Assembly (NCBI GenBank): GCA_016207275.1
Contig: JACQPY010000013.1
Coordinates: 90,583-154,582, forward strand
Length of the DNA stretch: 64,000 bases
Direction of reading: 5' to 3'
DNA from: Candidatus Kerfeldbacteria bacterium
GTDB lineage: Bacteria > Patescibacteriota > Patescibacteriia > SBBC01
Position 1 is the first letter of the stretch, and every line of letters begins with the position of its first letter. Below, piece after piece: positions 54,009-63,691 of this stretch. A program made the position numbers and the translations under genes. Below the pieces are notes generated by a model. It was not told the origin of the DNA. It saw only the letters and a program-made list of their open reading frames with translations, and ran no database searches.

Positions 54009-55328
54009 CTACCTCCCGATCCCCCGATACACAATGCCGGCCTTGGAAATCGCCGCTTTGTCGAGTGCGTTTTTGCCGTCGACCACCGCCAGGATTTTGT
54101 GACGTTTAAGGGTCCTGGCTTGAAGCTGCTCGACGAACTGACGATGGTCGGTCATCAGAATCAGCGCGTCTGATCGGGTCAGCAGTTGTTCGAGCGATTG
54201 GACCGACGACCCGCCGGGGACGTGCGGGTCGAAGACTTCGTAGCGCGCGCGATACTCGTCTTTGAGCAGCTTCAAAACCTGGTAGGTCGGGCTCTCGCGC
54301 GTGTCGGACACGTTGGCTTTATACGAAACGCCGAGGACGCCGACCCGCACATCGCTGATGGCGCGACGGCGTTCGTTGAGCGCGCGCACCAGTTGGTCAA
54401 CCGTGTACGCCGGCATACTGTTGTTGATTTCCCGGGCTAACTTGAGAAACTCGTGATTGAACCCGCCCCTCTTGGCGCGTTCAATCAGGTAATAGGGGTC
54501 AACCGGAATGCAGTGCCCGCCAACGCCGGCCGAAGGATAGTGCGCCAGGAAGGCAAACGGCTTGGTTTTCGCGCCCTCGATCACCTCGACCGTATCAATG
54601 CCTAACCGGGCGAAGGACTTGGCAATCTCATTAATGAAGGCGATGTTAACATCGCGAAATGAATTTTCCAGGATTTTTACCGCTTCGGCTTCGCGAATCG
54701 ACGGCATCGGCCGAATCGGCCCGTCAATGATACTGGCGTAAAATGCCACGGCGCGGCGGAGTCCGACCGCGTCGGTCGCCCCGACCACGCGGGCGATGTT
54801 ACGGACGGTCCAGCGGCGGTTGCCCGGATCAATTCGTTCGGGGCAGTGGGCTAACCAGAAATCCTTGCCCGCTCGCAGCCCACGCTGTTCAAGAATCGGC
54901 TGGACGACCTCCTGGCAGACGCCGGGGTTGACCGTCGATTCCAGCACCACCAGCTGCCCGCGCCGCAGGAAGCGTTTAACCTTGTGGCTGACGTCAATAA
55001 TCGGGCCAAGGTCAGGGTTGTACTGTTCGTCAACGGGCGTCGGTACACAGATGACCACCACCGCGGCCTGACGAATAACCGCAAAGTCAGTGGTCGCCTC
55101 AACGTTCACGCGTTTCAACCACCGATCGAGTCCAGGCTCTCGAACCGGGCTGCGCTGGGCATTGACGAGAGCAATCTTGGTGGGATTTTTAGCCACCCCG
55201 AACACTCGCCAGCCTTTTTCCGCAGCCAGACAGGCCAACGGCAAACCGACGTACCCGAGCCCAATGATGGCCACGGTTCGTTTTGACCGCTTTGAGAATT
55301 GAATTTTTCGACGACTCATCGGCAACAT
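54009..55328 (-). CDS. ugd: Nucleotide-sugar (UDP-glucose / UDP-ManNAc family) 6-dehydrogenase
   Basis: Rossmann GxGxxG (VAIIGLGYVGLPLACL), the catalytic Cys region GGHCIPVDPYYL, and the C-terminal UDPG_MGDP_dh domain. Confidence 0.8.
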   Translation of the reverse strand: MLPMSRRKIQFSKRSKRTVAIIGLGYVGLPLACLAAEKGWRVFGVAKNPTKIALVNAQRSPVREPGLDRWLKRVNVEATTDFAVIRQAAVVVICVPTPVDEQYNPDLGPIIDVSHKVKRFLRRGQLVVLESTVNPGVCQEVVQPILEQRGLRAGKDFWLAHCPERIDPGNRRWTVRNIARVVGATDAVGLRRAVAFYASIIDGPIRPMPSIREAEAVKILENSFRDVNIAFINEIAKSFARLGIDTVEVIEGAKTKPFAFLAHYPSAGVGGHCIPVDPYYLIERAKRGGFNHEFLKLAREINNSMPAYTVDQLVRALNERRRAISDVRVGVLGVSYKANVSDTRESPTYQVLKLLKDEYRARYEVFDPHVPGGSSVQSLEQLLTRSDALILMTDHRQFVEQLQARTLKRHKILAVVDGKNALDKAAISKAGIVYRGIGR

Positions 55329-55332
55329 CCTC

Positions 55333-56508
55333 CTAGAATTTTCGGGCGGCCCGACGAAGTTCCGCGGCCTTATCAGTCAGCTCCCAGGTAAAGCCCCGTT
55401 CATTCCGACCAAAATGACCGTAGGCCGCGGTTTGCTCGTAGATCGGGCGCCGCAGCTTGAGATGACGGATAATGGCGGCCGGTCGAAGGTCAAAGTGGTC
55501 GCGGACCAAACGCTCAAGTTGGGCCACCGACCATCGGCTGGTACCAAACGTTTCAACCATGACGCTGATCGGCTCGGCGACCCCAATCACGTAAGCAACC
55601 TGGACCTCACACCGTTCGGCCAGCCCGGCGGCCACAATGTTCTTGGCCACGTAACGAGCAGCGTACGCTCCGGAGCGGTCGACCTTCGTCGGGTCCTTGC
55701 CGGAAAAGCATCCGCCGCCGTGGCGGCTGAAACCGCCGTAGGTATCGACGATAATCTTTCGTCCGGTCAGACCGGTATCAGCTGGCGGACCACCTTTGAT
55801 GAAACGACCGGTGGCGTTAATGTAGGACCTCGTCTTAGCGTCCATCCACGGCCGGCAGACCGGTTTAACGACGTAACGCATCAAATCTTTCCGGACTTGC
55901 TCTTCGGTCGCCTCAGGATCGTGCTGGGCGGCAATCACGATGGTCTTCAGCCGCTTCGGTTTGCCGTTGAGGTACTCGACCGCGACCTCGGTTTTACCGT
56001 CGGGACGTAAATACGGAAGCTTCTTCGTCTTGCGGACCTCGGCCAACCGGCGGGCCAGACGGTGGCTGAGCATAATCGGTAACGGCATCAACTCCTTAGT
56101 CTCGTTGGTGGCGTAGCCAAACATGATTCCCTGGTCACCGGCGCCCTGCTCGCGGGACTTCGTTTCATCAACCCCGAGGGCAATGTCCGGACTCTGCTCA
56201 TCAATCGAGACCATCACCCCGCAGTCTTCCCAATGAAAACCATAGTGGTGGTTGTCATAGCCAATGTCACGGATGGTCCGACGGATGACCTTGGGGATGT
56301 CGACGTAGGTCGTGGTCGTCAGCTGACCGGCGACCACGACCAAGCCGGTGGCGACCAGCGTCTCGATGGCCACCCGGCCACCGGGGTCCTTTTCCAACAC
56401 GGCGTCGAGGATGGCATCGGAGATGCGATCACAGATTTTATCCGGGTGTCCCTCAGTTACGGACTCTGAGGTGATTACGAAGCGCGGTGGCAAAGCGTTC
56501 TTACGCAT
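55333..56508 (-). CDS. metK: S-adenosylmethionine synthase
   Basis: [27 protein letters not shown]..., [19 protein letters not shown]. Confidence 0.95.
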   Translation of the reverse strand: MRKNALPPRFVITSESVTEGHPDKICDRISDAILDAVLEKDPGGRVAIETLVATGLVVVAGQLTTTTYVDIPKVIRRTIRDIGYDNHHYGFHWEDCGVMVSIDEQSPDIALGVDETKSREQGAGDQGIMFGYATNETKELMPLPIMLSHRLARRLAEVRKTKKLPYLRPDGKTEVAVEYLNGKPKRLKTIVIAAQHDPEATEEQVRKDLMRYVVKPVCRPWMDAKTRSYINATGRFIKGGPPADTGLTGRKIIVDTYGGFSRHGGGCFSGKDPTKVDRSGAYAARYVAKNIVAAGLAERCEVQVAYVIGVAEPISVMVETFGTSRWSVAQLERLVRDHFDLRPAAIIRHLKLRRPIYEQTAAYGHFGRNERGFTWELTDKAAELRRAARKF

Positions 56509-56540
56509 ACAGTCAAAACTCCGGTCGTTGTAATTAATTG

Positions 56541-57566
56541 CTACGTTTGTGCTTGGATCGTTTCCAAAGTCAAGGCGCGCGAGCCGCGCATGTAGTCGAC
56601 GGTGCGCTGCAGGCCGTCAGCCAGCGGCACCACCGGAAACCAACCGAGCTTTTCTTTGGCCAGCCGAATGTTGGGTATGCCTTGTTTAGCGGTGTAGGGA
56701 AGGTGCGGTTCGTACCGGACCGTCGCGCGGGAATTGGTCAACTTGATAATCGCTTGGGCGACGTCGACGATGCGATGCGGTTCGGGATTGCCGAGGTTGA
56801 GCGGGCCGGCTTCGGACGACTGCATCATCCGCAGCAGCCCCTCGATCATATCTGAGATATAGCAGTACGTGCTGCGATCGTCAGGGGTACCGTACATGAC
56901 CAGCGGCTCATTTGCCAGGGCGCTCTTGACGAAATCAGGAATCATCCGGCCGTCGGTCAACCGCATCCGCGGTCCGTAGGTGTTGAACATCCGGACAATT
57001 TTCCCATCGAGGTGATATTTTTTTCGGTAGTTGACCACTAAGCTTTCGGCGAAGCGCTTGCCCTCGTAGTACGCCGACCGTGGTCCAATCGGGTCGACGT
57101 AGCCCCAGTAGTTCTCCGGAAACGGCGTGTCCTCGAGTGGCTCGCCGTACATCGCCGAGGTGGAGACGTGTAAAAACTTGGCGCGGTACTTCACGGCCAG
57201 ATCGAGTACGTGCTTCGTGCCGAAGCTGTTGGCCAAAAGGGTTTCGATCGGAGCGGCATTGTAATCCTTCGGCGAGGTCGGACAAGCTAAATTGTAGACT
57301 TCTTGGAGGCCCTGGAAGGCGACTTTAAACGGCCGGAGTTCCGGCAAGGCCTCGAGGTCGAGCGGTGTAGCGATGTCGTGGCGAATAAACTCGAAATCGG
57401 GGTGCTTCAGGAGATGGTTGATGTTCTCCTCGGCACCGGTGATGAAGTTGTCGACGCAAATGACTTTGTGGTGCTTAATCAGCTCATCACACAGGTGCGA
57501 TCCGACGAACCCGGCGCCGCCGGTAATCAGGATATTTTTTCGTTCAAAGATGGGTTTCTCTTTCAT
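56541..57566 (-). CDS. UDP-glucuronate decarboxylase (UDP-xylose synthase, UXS family; extended SDR)
   Basis: [18 protein letters not shown], YxxxK (YYEGKRFAE). Overall UXS-like. Could alternatively be another NDP-sugar epimerase/dehydratase. Confidence 0.75.
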   Translation of the reverse strand: MKEKPIFERKNILITGGAGFVGSHLCDELIKHHKVICVDNFITGAEENINHLLKHPDFEFIRHDIATPLDLEALPELRPFKVAFQGLQEVYNLACPTSPKDYNAAPIETLLANSFGTKHVLDLAVKYRAKFLHVSTSAMYGEPLEDTPFPENYWGYVDPIGPRSAYYEGKRFAESLVVNYRKKYHLDGKIVRMFNTYGPRMRLTDGRMIPDFVKSALANEPLVMYGTPDDRSTYCYISDMIEGLLRMMQSSEAGPLNLGNPEPHRIVDVAQAIIKLTNSRATVRYEPHLPYTAKQGIPNIRLAKEKLGWFPVVPLADGLQRTVDYMRGSRALTLETIQAQT

Positions 57567-58330
57567 CGGAGGTGCTCACGTCGGGTCAGTCGGGCCAGAC
57601 GAATGAGTGATTTAAGGATGCGCAGGCTGGTGACCGCCAGCTTGATGGGGGCCGATGGAACCGTCGAACTCGATTGGTCGGTCCAGATGGTCGGTACCTC
57701 TTGCACCACGAAGCCGGCGGCGCGGGCCCGGATCAAGAGTTCAAGGTCGAAAGCCATGTCGCGGGTTACCAGCTTCGAGGCGACCGCATCAATCACCGCG
57801 CGCTTGAACACTTTAGCTCCACACTGCGTGTCCCGGTACGGCAGGTGGAAGAAAAGCTTGGCGATGGCCATATATCCTAGGCTAGTCATTTTCCGAAGCG
57901 GCGAGGTTCGATTATAGACCCGTGAGGTCGGCAGCCAACGCGAGGCAATGACACCATCAGCGTTGCCGATCGAGCGCACGAGCCGTTCGAACTCTTCCGC
58001 CGTCGTCGCGCCATCAGCGTCGACGAAGCCAACCATGGTTCCGCGGGCCGCCAGCAGACCCCGTCGGACCGCCCCGCCTTTACCGATCGCTTCGGCCACA
58101 TCGATAACCGAGACGGTTCGGTGGAGGCGGCGCTGAACGTCAGTCACCACCTCGGCGGTTCGATCAGTACAGCCATTAAGCACAACAATAAACTCAGTTC
58201 GTTGATCGTTGAAGTACGCCAGGTAGTCGCGCAACGTCGGCCCGATCCGATGCTCTTCGTTGTGTGCCGGCAGCACGACCGTCAGCTCCGGACGCTCCGC
58301 CGGAATCACCCTCGTCCGGTGACGGACCAT
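57563..58330 (-). CDS. GT2 polyprenyl-phosphate sugar synthase (Dpm1/GtrB-like)
   Basis: LTVVLPAHNEEHRIGPTLRDYL...FVDADGATTAEEFERL..., with a C-terminal amphipathic/TM tail. A 4-nt overlap with the upstream gene. Confidence 0.8.
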   Translation of the reverse strand: MVRHRTRVIPAERPELTVVLPAHNEEHRIGPTLRDYLAYFNDQRTEFIVVLNGCTDRTAEVVTDVQRRLHRTVSVIDVAEAIGKGGAVRRGLLAARGTMVGFVDADGATTAEEFERLVRSIGNADGVIASRWLPTSRVYNRTSPLRKMTSLGYMAIAKLFFHLPYRDTQCGAKVFKRAVIDAVASKLVTRDMAFDLELLIRARAAGFVVQEVPTIWTDQSSSTVPSAPIKLAVTSLRILKSLIRLARLTRREHLR

Positions 58331-58342
58331 GTCGGGAGTATA

Positions 58343-58813
58343 CTAACTTTCGTGCCGTTTGGCAACGACACGGCGGTCAGCAAAGGTCCAAGCACGGTTG
58401 GCACTAAAGTTCCAGAACATAACGGTGATCACTGCCGCGGCGAACGCCGCCAGGTCATGCAGGCCAAGCAGCTTGTGGAGGACGAAAATAATCGTCTCGG
58501 AGCTGACGAAACCGACCCCGCTGATGACGAAGAAGAGGGCATACTGGCGATGGTAGTCGGGCGATCGATCGCGAAACGTCCACAGCTTATTAAGCGTAAA
58601 ACTTACGGTCACGGCCACCGCGAAGGCGATCGCGTTACCAACCAATGGATCGAGCCCAACTGGTCGCGTCATGAGGAGGTAAACGGCTGAACTGGTCAAG
58701 GTGTTGACGACGCCGACGATCGAGAACTTGATAAACTGCCGAACAACCGTCAACCGCCAACCACGACGAGGCGAGCGGGCCATGGTGAACAAACCCGCCA
58801 ACAGTTCTTTCAT
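58343..58813 (-). CDS. gtrA: GtrA-family small membrane protein
   Basis: Four TM helices and a GtrA-like pattern (FIKFSIVGVVNTLTSSAVYLLM...NFSANRAWTF). Confidence 0.8.
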   Translation of the reverse strand: MKELLAGLFTMARSPRRGWRLTVVRQFIKFSIVGVVNTLTSSAVYLLMTRPVGLDPLVGNAIAFAVAVTVSFTLNKLWTFRDRSPDYHRQYALFFVISGVGFVSSETIIFVLHKLLGLHDLAAFAAAVITVMFWNFSANRAWTFADRRVVAKRHES

Positions 58814-61524
58814 TGAACGCTGGCCAGTGATGCGCCACCGCGGAAGCTCTTCGGCAAGGCAAAAAAACGCTTAATCAGCCTTCCCTCGGACGAGTGGATG
58901 TGTACCTGGGCGGCTCCGCTGGCCGGGACCGTCAGTATTTCATGCCGGCCATCGCCGTCGAAGTCGCCGGTAGCCACATCCAAGCCGCGATCGTACTTCT
59001 TGGAAAAGACCAAAAACCGTTTGCGTAATTTTTTTTGCAGGGTGTAGACCCGAACCTCAGATGAGCCCGACGGTTTGGTCGCAACGATTTCGTCGTGGCC
59101 ATCGCCGTTGAGATCGCCGGCGGCGACGTTAACGCCATGCGTCGCCCCTTTAGAAAAGGCCGAGAACTGACGCTTAAATGCACCGCGCTGACTCAATATC
59201 CGCACGGTCGGTTTTCCGCTTAGTCGGCCAACAACGATCTGTGGTTCACCGCCGTCATCGGCGACGGCGACCGACATCCCGTCGCGGTAATTCCGTCCAA
59301 ACGGGTTGATTTCCCGAATCAGCTTGCCGTTCGCGGAAAAAATCCGCAACGGCAACCGGTCGGAACGAGGAGCGACGAGCAGCTCTGATCGACCATCGCC
59401 ATCGAGGTCGGCACTGGCCAGGTTCAGGCCGCCATCGACTGTTTGGTTATACGGAGAAAACGAGGCTAGCGCTTTACCGGTGGGAGTAATGATCTTAATC
59501 GTTCGAACGCGCCGGCGCGGCGCGACCGCCAGTTGATCGGGCTCACCAGGGCTATAGGTCAACGACGCAACGCTTAAGCCGTTAGTTCGCTGCAAACCGA
59601 ACGGGGTGACTCGGGTATCGACTTTTCCGCTCGTCTGAACCACGGCCGCGGTTCCACCATTTGTCGCCGTGCCCGCTGCTATTCGCAGCTGCTGGTAGAC
59701 GTAGACGAAGGTGACGACCTCCGAATCGTTACCCGCCTGGTCGTAGGCAGCCACGCGTAAGTAGAGTGTCCGGGAGGAATCGAGTGGGAGCGAGGTGTAC
59801 GCGGTCGTTTCCGACAGCACGGCTTCACCGGGATCGACATCGTCCTTGGGCGACAGCACCGCACGGTACCCGGCCAACCCGCTGAGCGCGTCGGTTGACG
59901 CTGTCCAGGTGGCGACGAATGATTTCGTTGAAGTCGAGACCCCGGAAATCAGGTGGACCTGCTCGTAGGGCGCCGGGGCGTGAGCTGACAGTAACGGTTT
60001 TGAGGGCTTGGTGTAGTCAAGCGTAATGTCGTCTGAACTGACCACGGAAATGTTACCGGCGGCATCACGAAAACGGGCAGAAACGCGGTGGAGACCTTCA
60101 GCGTTTGATCCCCCGGTGGCCGTTAGATCCCAGGCTAACCGGCTGGTGGCATACGGCTCCCAGTCGGAAAAGGCGGTACCGTCGTTAGAAAAAGACATGG
60201 CGACCACGTTCGACTGCTGGTCAGCGGCGCTAAGCGTCAAAGCCACGCTCGTTGCTTTAGTATAGCTGACGCCGCCGGCGACCGAGACCGATCCATTCGG
60301 GGCGGTCGTATCATTGAGGCCGACCGACAGGGCCCGGTTAACATTCAACAGGCCCCACCCGTAGGTTGTTTCATAGCCAGTCGTTCCCAGATCAGTGGCC
60401 GAGCCCTCGAGTAGGGCGCGGACGTTGGCCGGCTGAATGCCCGCCGCCAGCAGTAACGCGGCCGCCGCCGAGACGTGCGGGGCCGCTTGCGACGTGCCTT
60501 CGTAGTAGTAGTCGTTAAAGCTGGTGCAGGCGGCTGACGAACAGGTTTGCTGCAAAATGCCATCAGGCTGACCATCGTTATTCTGATCAAGGTCGAGGTC
60601 GCCGCCCGGGGCGACCAGGTCGAGGCCCGCACCGTAGTTGGAGTACGGGGCTAGCGTGTTGTCGTAACGGGTCGCCCCGACGCTGATCACGGTGTCGTAG
60701 CGAGCCGGATAGGACAGACTCGTCGCACCATCATTGCCCGTCGCCGCGACGACGATGATGCCGGCGTTGACGGCATTCTGAATCGCCGTCTTGAGGGCCG
60801 GGTCATCGCTGCTGCCGCCAAGGCTGAGGTTGATGATATCAGCGCCGTTGGTCCGGGCAAAATCAACGCCGGCGGCAATGTCGGCCGTCGTACCAAGGCC
60901 TGATGAATCCAGGACCTTGACCGGCATAATCGAGGAGGCAAAGGCTAAGCCCGCTGCCGCGACCCCATTGTTGGTCGTCTCGCCGATGGTCCCGGCCACG
61001 TGCGTGCCGTGCCCGTGGTCGTCGTTAGGATGATCATCGTCGTTGACAAGATCGGTGCCAGTCACAAAGGTCGTGCCGGCTAAGTCCGGCGCTTTGACGA
61101 AGCTTTGGTAATTCTCGAAGGCCACCCCGGTGTCGAGCACGGCCACGACGACGCTGGGGTCACCGCCGTAGAGTGGCGCCGTACCATCGAAATCCCAGGC
61201 GGCGGCCGCCTCGACTTTAATAAAATTCCATTGGTACACCAACGACGGGTCGTTGGGCGTAAACAACAGTCGGTACACGTAATTAGGCTGCACGCTGGCG
61301 ACGCGACGATCGGCGGCAAGTCGCGCCATGACTTCACTGGTCCGGCGCGGATCAACTTCAACCACGACTAAATCGGTTCGACCGACTCGCCGAACCGTCT
61401 GAGCCAAACCGAAGCGTGGGAGCGAATGCTGAGCGACATGGCGTGCGGCGGGTTTGAGTCGGACTAACAGCTGCCCCGGAACGGTTTCCGCCCAAACCCC
61501 GACCGCCCAGACCGCTGCGACCAT
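58810..61524 (-). CDS. Secreted subtilisin-like (S8) serine protease with Ig/FN3-like domains and a C-terminal FG-GAP-like repeat array. The start is placed at an internal Met so as not to overlap the upstream gene; the track ORF runs to 61824
   Basis: Catalytic triad motifs VAVLDTGV, HGTHVAGTIG, GTSQAAPHVSAAAALL. The C-terminus has at least three repeats of F...GDxDGDGxxEI...VRVY, the same family as in the L,D-transpeptidase. Confidence 0.8.
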   Translation of the reverse strand: MVAAVWAVGVWAETVPGQLLVRLKPAARHVAQHSLPRFGLAQTVRRVGRTDLVVVEVDPRRTSEVMARLAADRRVASVQPNYVYRLLFTPNDPSLVYQWNFIKVEAAAAWDFDGTAPLYGGDPSVVVAVLDTGVAFENYQSFVKAPDLAGTTFVTGTDLVNDDDHPNDDHGHGTHVAGTIGETTNNGVAAAGLAFASSIMPVKVLDSSGLGTTADIAAGVDFARTNGADIINLSLGGSSDDPALKTAIQNAVNAGIIVVAATGNDGATSLSYPARYDTVISVGATRYDNTLAPYSNYGAGLDLVAPGGDLDLDQNNDGQPDGILQQTCSSAACTSFNDYYYEGTSQAAPHVSAAAALLLAAGIQPANVRALLEGSATDLGTTGYETTYGWGLLNVNRALSVGLNDTTAPNGSVSVAGGVSYTKATSVALTLSAADQQSNVVAMSFSNDGTAFSDWEPYATSRLAWDLTATGGSNAEGLHRVSARFRDAAGNISVVSSDDITLDYTKPSKPLLSAHAPAPYEQVHLISGVSTSTKSFVATWTASTDALSGLAGYRAVLSPKDDVDPGEAVLSETTAYTSLPLDSSRTLYLRVAAYDQAGNDSEVVTFVYVYQQLRIAAGTATNGGTAAVVQTSGKVDTRVTPFGLQRTNGLSVASLTYSPGEPDQLAVAPRRRVRTIKIITPTGKALASFSPYNQTVDGGLNLASADLDGDGRSELLVAPRSDRLPLRIFSANGKLIREINPFGRNYRDGMSVAVADDGGEPQIVVGRLSGKPTVRILSQRGAFKRQFSAFSKGATHGVNVAAGDLNGDGHDEIVATKPSGSSEVRVYTLQKKLRKRFLVFSKKYDRGLDVATGDFDGDGRHEILTVPASGAAQVHIHSSEGRLIKRFFALPKSFRGGASLASVQ
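58813..59487 (-). repeat. FG-GAP-like repeat array at the C-terminus of the S8 protease (paralogous to the array at 23991-24726)
   Basis: Repeats: NLASADLDGDGRSELLVAP...LRIF, NVAAGDLNGDGHDEIVATKPSGSSEVRVY, DVATGDFDGDGRHEILTVPASGAAQVHIH. Confidence 0.6.
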
Positions 61525-61558
61525 CCCGACCAGGAGGCCGAGGGCGGGCGCGCCGACG

Positions 61559-62782
61559 CTACTGACGCGACGAATCACCAAGGCGAACCTTAACACTAAT
61601 CTCTCGTCCATCACGGAGCACGGCAAAGGTAGCCTCGGTGCCAGGCTCGTAGCCAGCGAGCACCTCGGCCAGGCCACGAAGCTCATTGAGCGGCAGCGCG
61701 TCAATACCAGTGACAATGTCACGCGAGCGCAGCCCGCCCAAGGCGGCCGGTGAACGAGCGACAACCGCGGCGGGCTTGGTAATTTCCGTGCCGTAGAGAT
61801 ACGCCCCCTTCGAGGGTAGCTCACGGTGACTTACCACAAACGACAGATCAAGGTAGTTAACACCGAGAACCGGTCGGGCCAGGCCATCGTCGCGACCAAA
61901 ACGAGCTAATTGATTTTTGAGATACGCCGCTGACATGACGAGGGCACCAGCTGACTGACCACCGTCCACGACCACCCCAACGAGTTGGCCGTCGTGATCA
62001 ACGAGCGCGGCACCCAGCCAGTCAGCCGCCAATTGACGGTCGAGACGAATCCGACGGCCGACGACCTCAGATGATTCAAGTAACGCCTCCAATCCTGTTC
62101 CGCTGATCGCTCGATCACGGAGCGACACCAAGCGAACCCTGAGCGTACTGACGCCAACCGCCGGATCGAACTTGACGACGTAGTGATCAGCCCAGGGGTC
62201 AATCCGATCAGTCTCGGTTGCGGCCAGCGGTGTCGAGGACCCCGTTCCTTTCACCAGAATCAGGCCGGTAGCCCGATCCGCCTCCTGACGGGAAATATCG
62301 AGGGTCCCGGCCGAGGACGTGCGCGCCATAAGCTGAACATTTTCCGGTACGGCCGACTTGACCGTTACCCCCACACCATCGGAAGTCAGGAATGTTACGG
62401 GGCCGGTTTGATCTGACGGTGGGTGTAGGCCGCTCGAACGGCGGCGCAGCAGGGAACCAAGCGAGGGTACGACCTTAGCGGCGATAACATCTTCCGGCAG
62501 CGCTCGCGTGGTTGACGATTCGCGGATGACGACACGTTCGGCCGGCCCAGACGGCCGCCGAAATACCTGAAGCCAAGCGACGTTAGGGAATCGTTCGGCC
62601 GCGTAGGCGAGTGCGACCACGGCCGCCACCGACACGACGACTGCGGCTAGACCGACTAGCCAGACTATCCCGGTCGAACGCGACGGTGGTCGGGTAATGG
62701 TTGACTCGGCCCGGTAGAGTTGCTCGAGGGTTGCACTAGCGCTGTGGGCTTTCGTCGAAGTTGGGACGTCGCGAGGTTTCAT
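61559..62782 (-). CDS. Membrane-anchored trypsin-like serine protease with a C-terminal PDZ domain (HtrA/DegP-like, divergent)
   Basis: An N-terminal TM helix, a His region (WADHYVV), a Ser region (GGQSAGALV, i.e. GxSxG), and a PDZ domain (PVLGVNYLDLS...SRDIVTGIDALPLNELRGLAEVLAGYEPGTEATFAVLRDGREISVKVRL). Confidence 0.55.
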   Translation of the reverse strand: MKPRDVPTSTKAHSASATLEQLYRAESTITRPPSRSTGIVWLVGLAAVVVSVAAVVALAYAAERFPNVAWLQVFRRPSGPAERVVIRESSTTRALPEDVIAAKVVPSLGSLLRRRSSGLHPPSDQTGPVTFLTSDGVGVTVKSAVPENVQLMARTSSAGTLDISRQEADRATGLILVKGTGSSTPLAATETDRIDPWADHYVVKFDPAVGVSTLRVRLVSLRDRAISGTGLEALLESSEVVGRRIRLDRQLAADWLGAALVDHDGQLVGVVVDGGQSAGALVMSAAYLKNQLARFGRDDGLARPVLGVNYLDLSFVVSHRELPSKGAYLYGTEITKPAAVVARSPAALGGLRSRDIVTGIDALPLNELRGLAEVLAGYEPGTEATFAVLRDGREISVKVRLGDSSRQ

Positions 62783-62789
62783 CGTCGCC

Positions 62790-63554
62790 TCAGATTATCC
62801 ACTGGGCGGTAACGACGACCGCCGCCAAAGCCAGTGCGCCGACGGTGGCGTAGCGTCGGATGATCTGACGGTTAAGCGTCCGATTCAGTTCGTGTCGGAC
62901 CAGGTGGAGAACCACGTAAAAAGGGATGGTCACGAGTAAGCTGTCCACCCAATACGTGGCTGGCAGGTAGTGTGCCGCCCACGTCAACTCGGTCAGCAAA
63001 ACACCACAAACGGCCACGGTTGACCACAGCGATTGGCGCGACAGCGGATGTACGGCGAAGGCCGAGGCGCTGACCATGATGGCAAAGGCGAAGGCCGCCG
63101 GTAACAGCACCATCAGTCGCACGTCGAGAAAAATTCGCAGGGCAAAAATAGCGGCCATACCCCCGGCCAGGGACAGGATGTTGAGGTAACCGGCCAAGTG
63201 CTCAAGGGCGTGGGGCTGGTAGGTAATCGGATCGTAGCTGTACCGGTAGACCTCTTCGGCATAAATCCAGACGCTCAAACCAGCGACGCCGACGACGAAC
63301 GCTCGGATCCACCACGGCGACAAGAAGAAGAGCATCGCGCCGGCGCCGACGGTCAGCACCACGGGCGGCGTCAACAATGTCAAACGCTCGTCAGGCGAAC
63401 TCCGACGGAGCAGCAGGATCATCCCGACGGATTCTAACAGCGCCACGAGACTGACCATGGAGACGAAATTTTGACCGTGCCCTAAGGCGTACCAAAAACC
63501 GGCGACCATCACGATTAACAGAATGACGGGAATGAGACGGATGATGAGATACAT
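62790..63554 (-). CDS. Hypothetical polytopic membrane protein (254 aa)
   Basis: Seven to eight predicted TM helices. No family recognised. Confidence 0.45.
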   Translation of the reverse strand: MYLIIRLIPVILLIVMVAGFWYALGHGQNFVSMVSLVALLESVGMILLLRRSSPDERLTLLTPPVVLTVGAGAMLFFLSPWWIRAFVVGVAGLSVWIYAEEVYRYSYDPITYQPHALEHLAGYLNILSLAGGMAAIFALRIFLDVRLMVLLPAAFAFAIMVSASAFAVHPLSRQSLWSTVAVCGVLLTELTWAAHYLPATYWVDSLLVTIPFYVVLHLVRHELNRTLNRQIIRRYATVGALALAAVVVTAQWII

Positions 63555-63608
63555 TACAATAGCCCTGGTATTGGTTTACGACCGACGATTGCGTAGCGGG
63601 GCATCTAT

Positions 63609-63682
63609 TGGCTCGGGGATAGGGATTCGAACCCCAATTACCAGGGCCAGAACCTGGTGTCCTACCATTAGACGATCCCCGA
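63609..63682 (-). tRNA. tRNA-Gln (anticodon CUG), 74 nt including the encoded CCA
   Basis: Folded by hand into a cloverleaf. Acceptor stem UCGGGGA/UCCCCGA with a U1-A72 pair and G73, both typical of bacterial tRNA-Gln. D-stem GUCU/GGAC with loop AAUGGUA. Anticodon stem CCAGG/CCUGG, loop UUCUGGC. T-stem UGGGG/CCCUA, T-loop UUCGAAU. Confidence 0.8.
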
Positions 63683-63691
63683 ATAGTAGTC

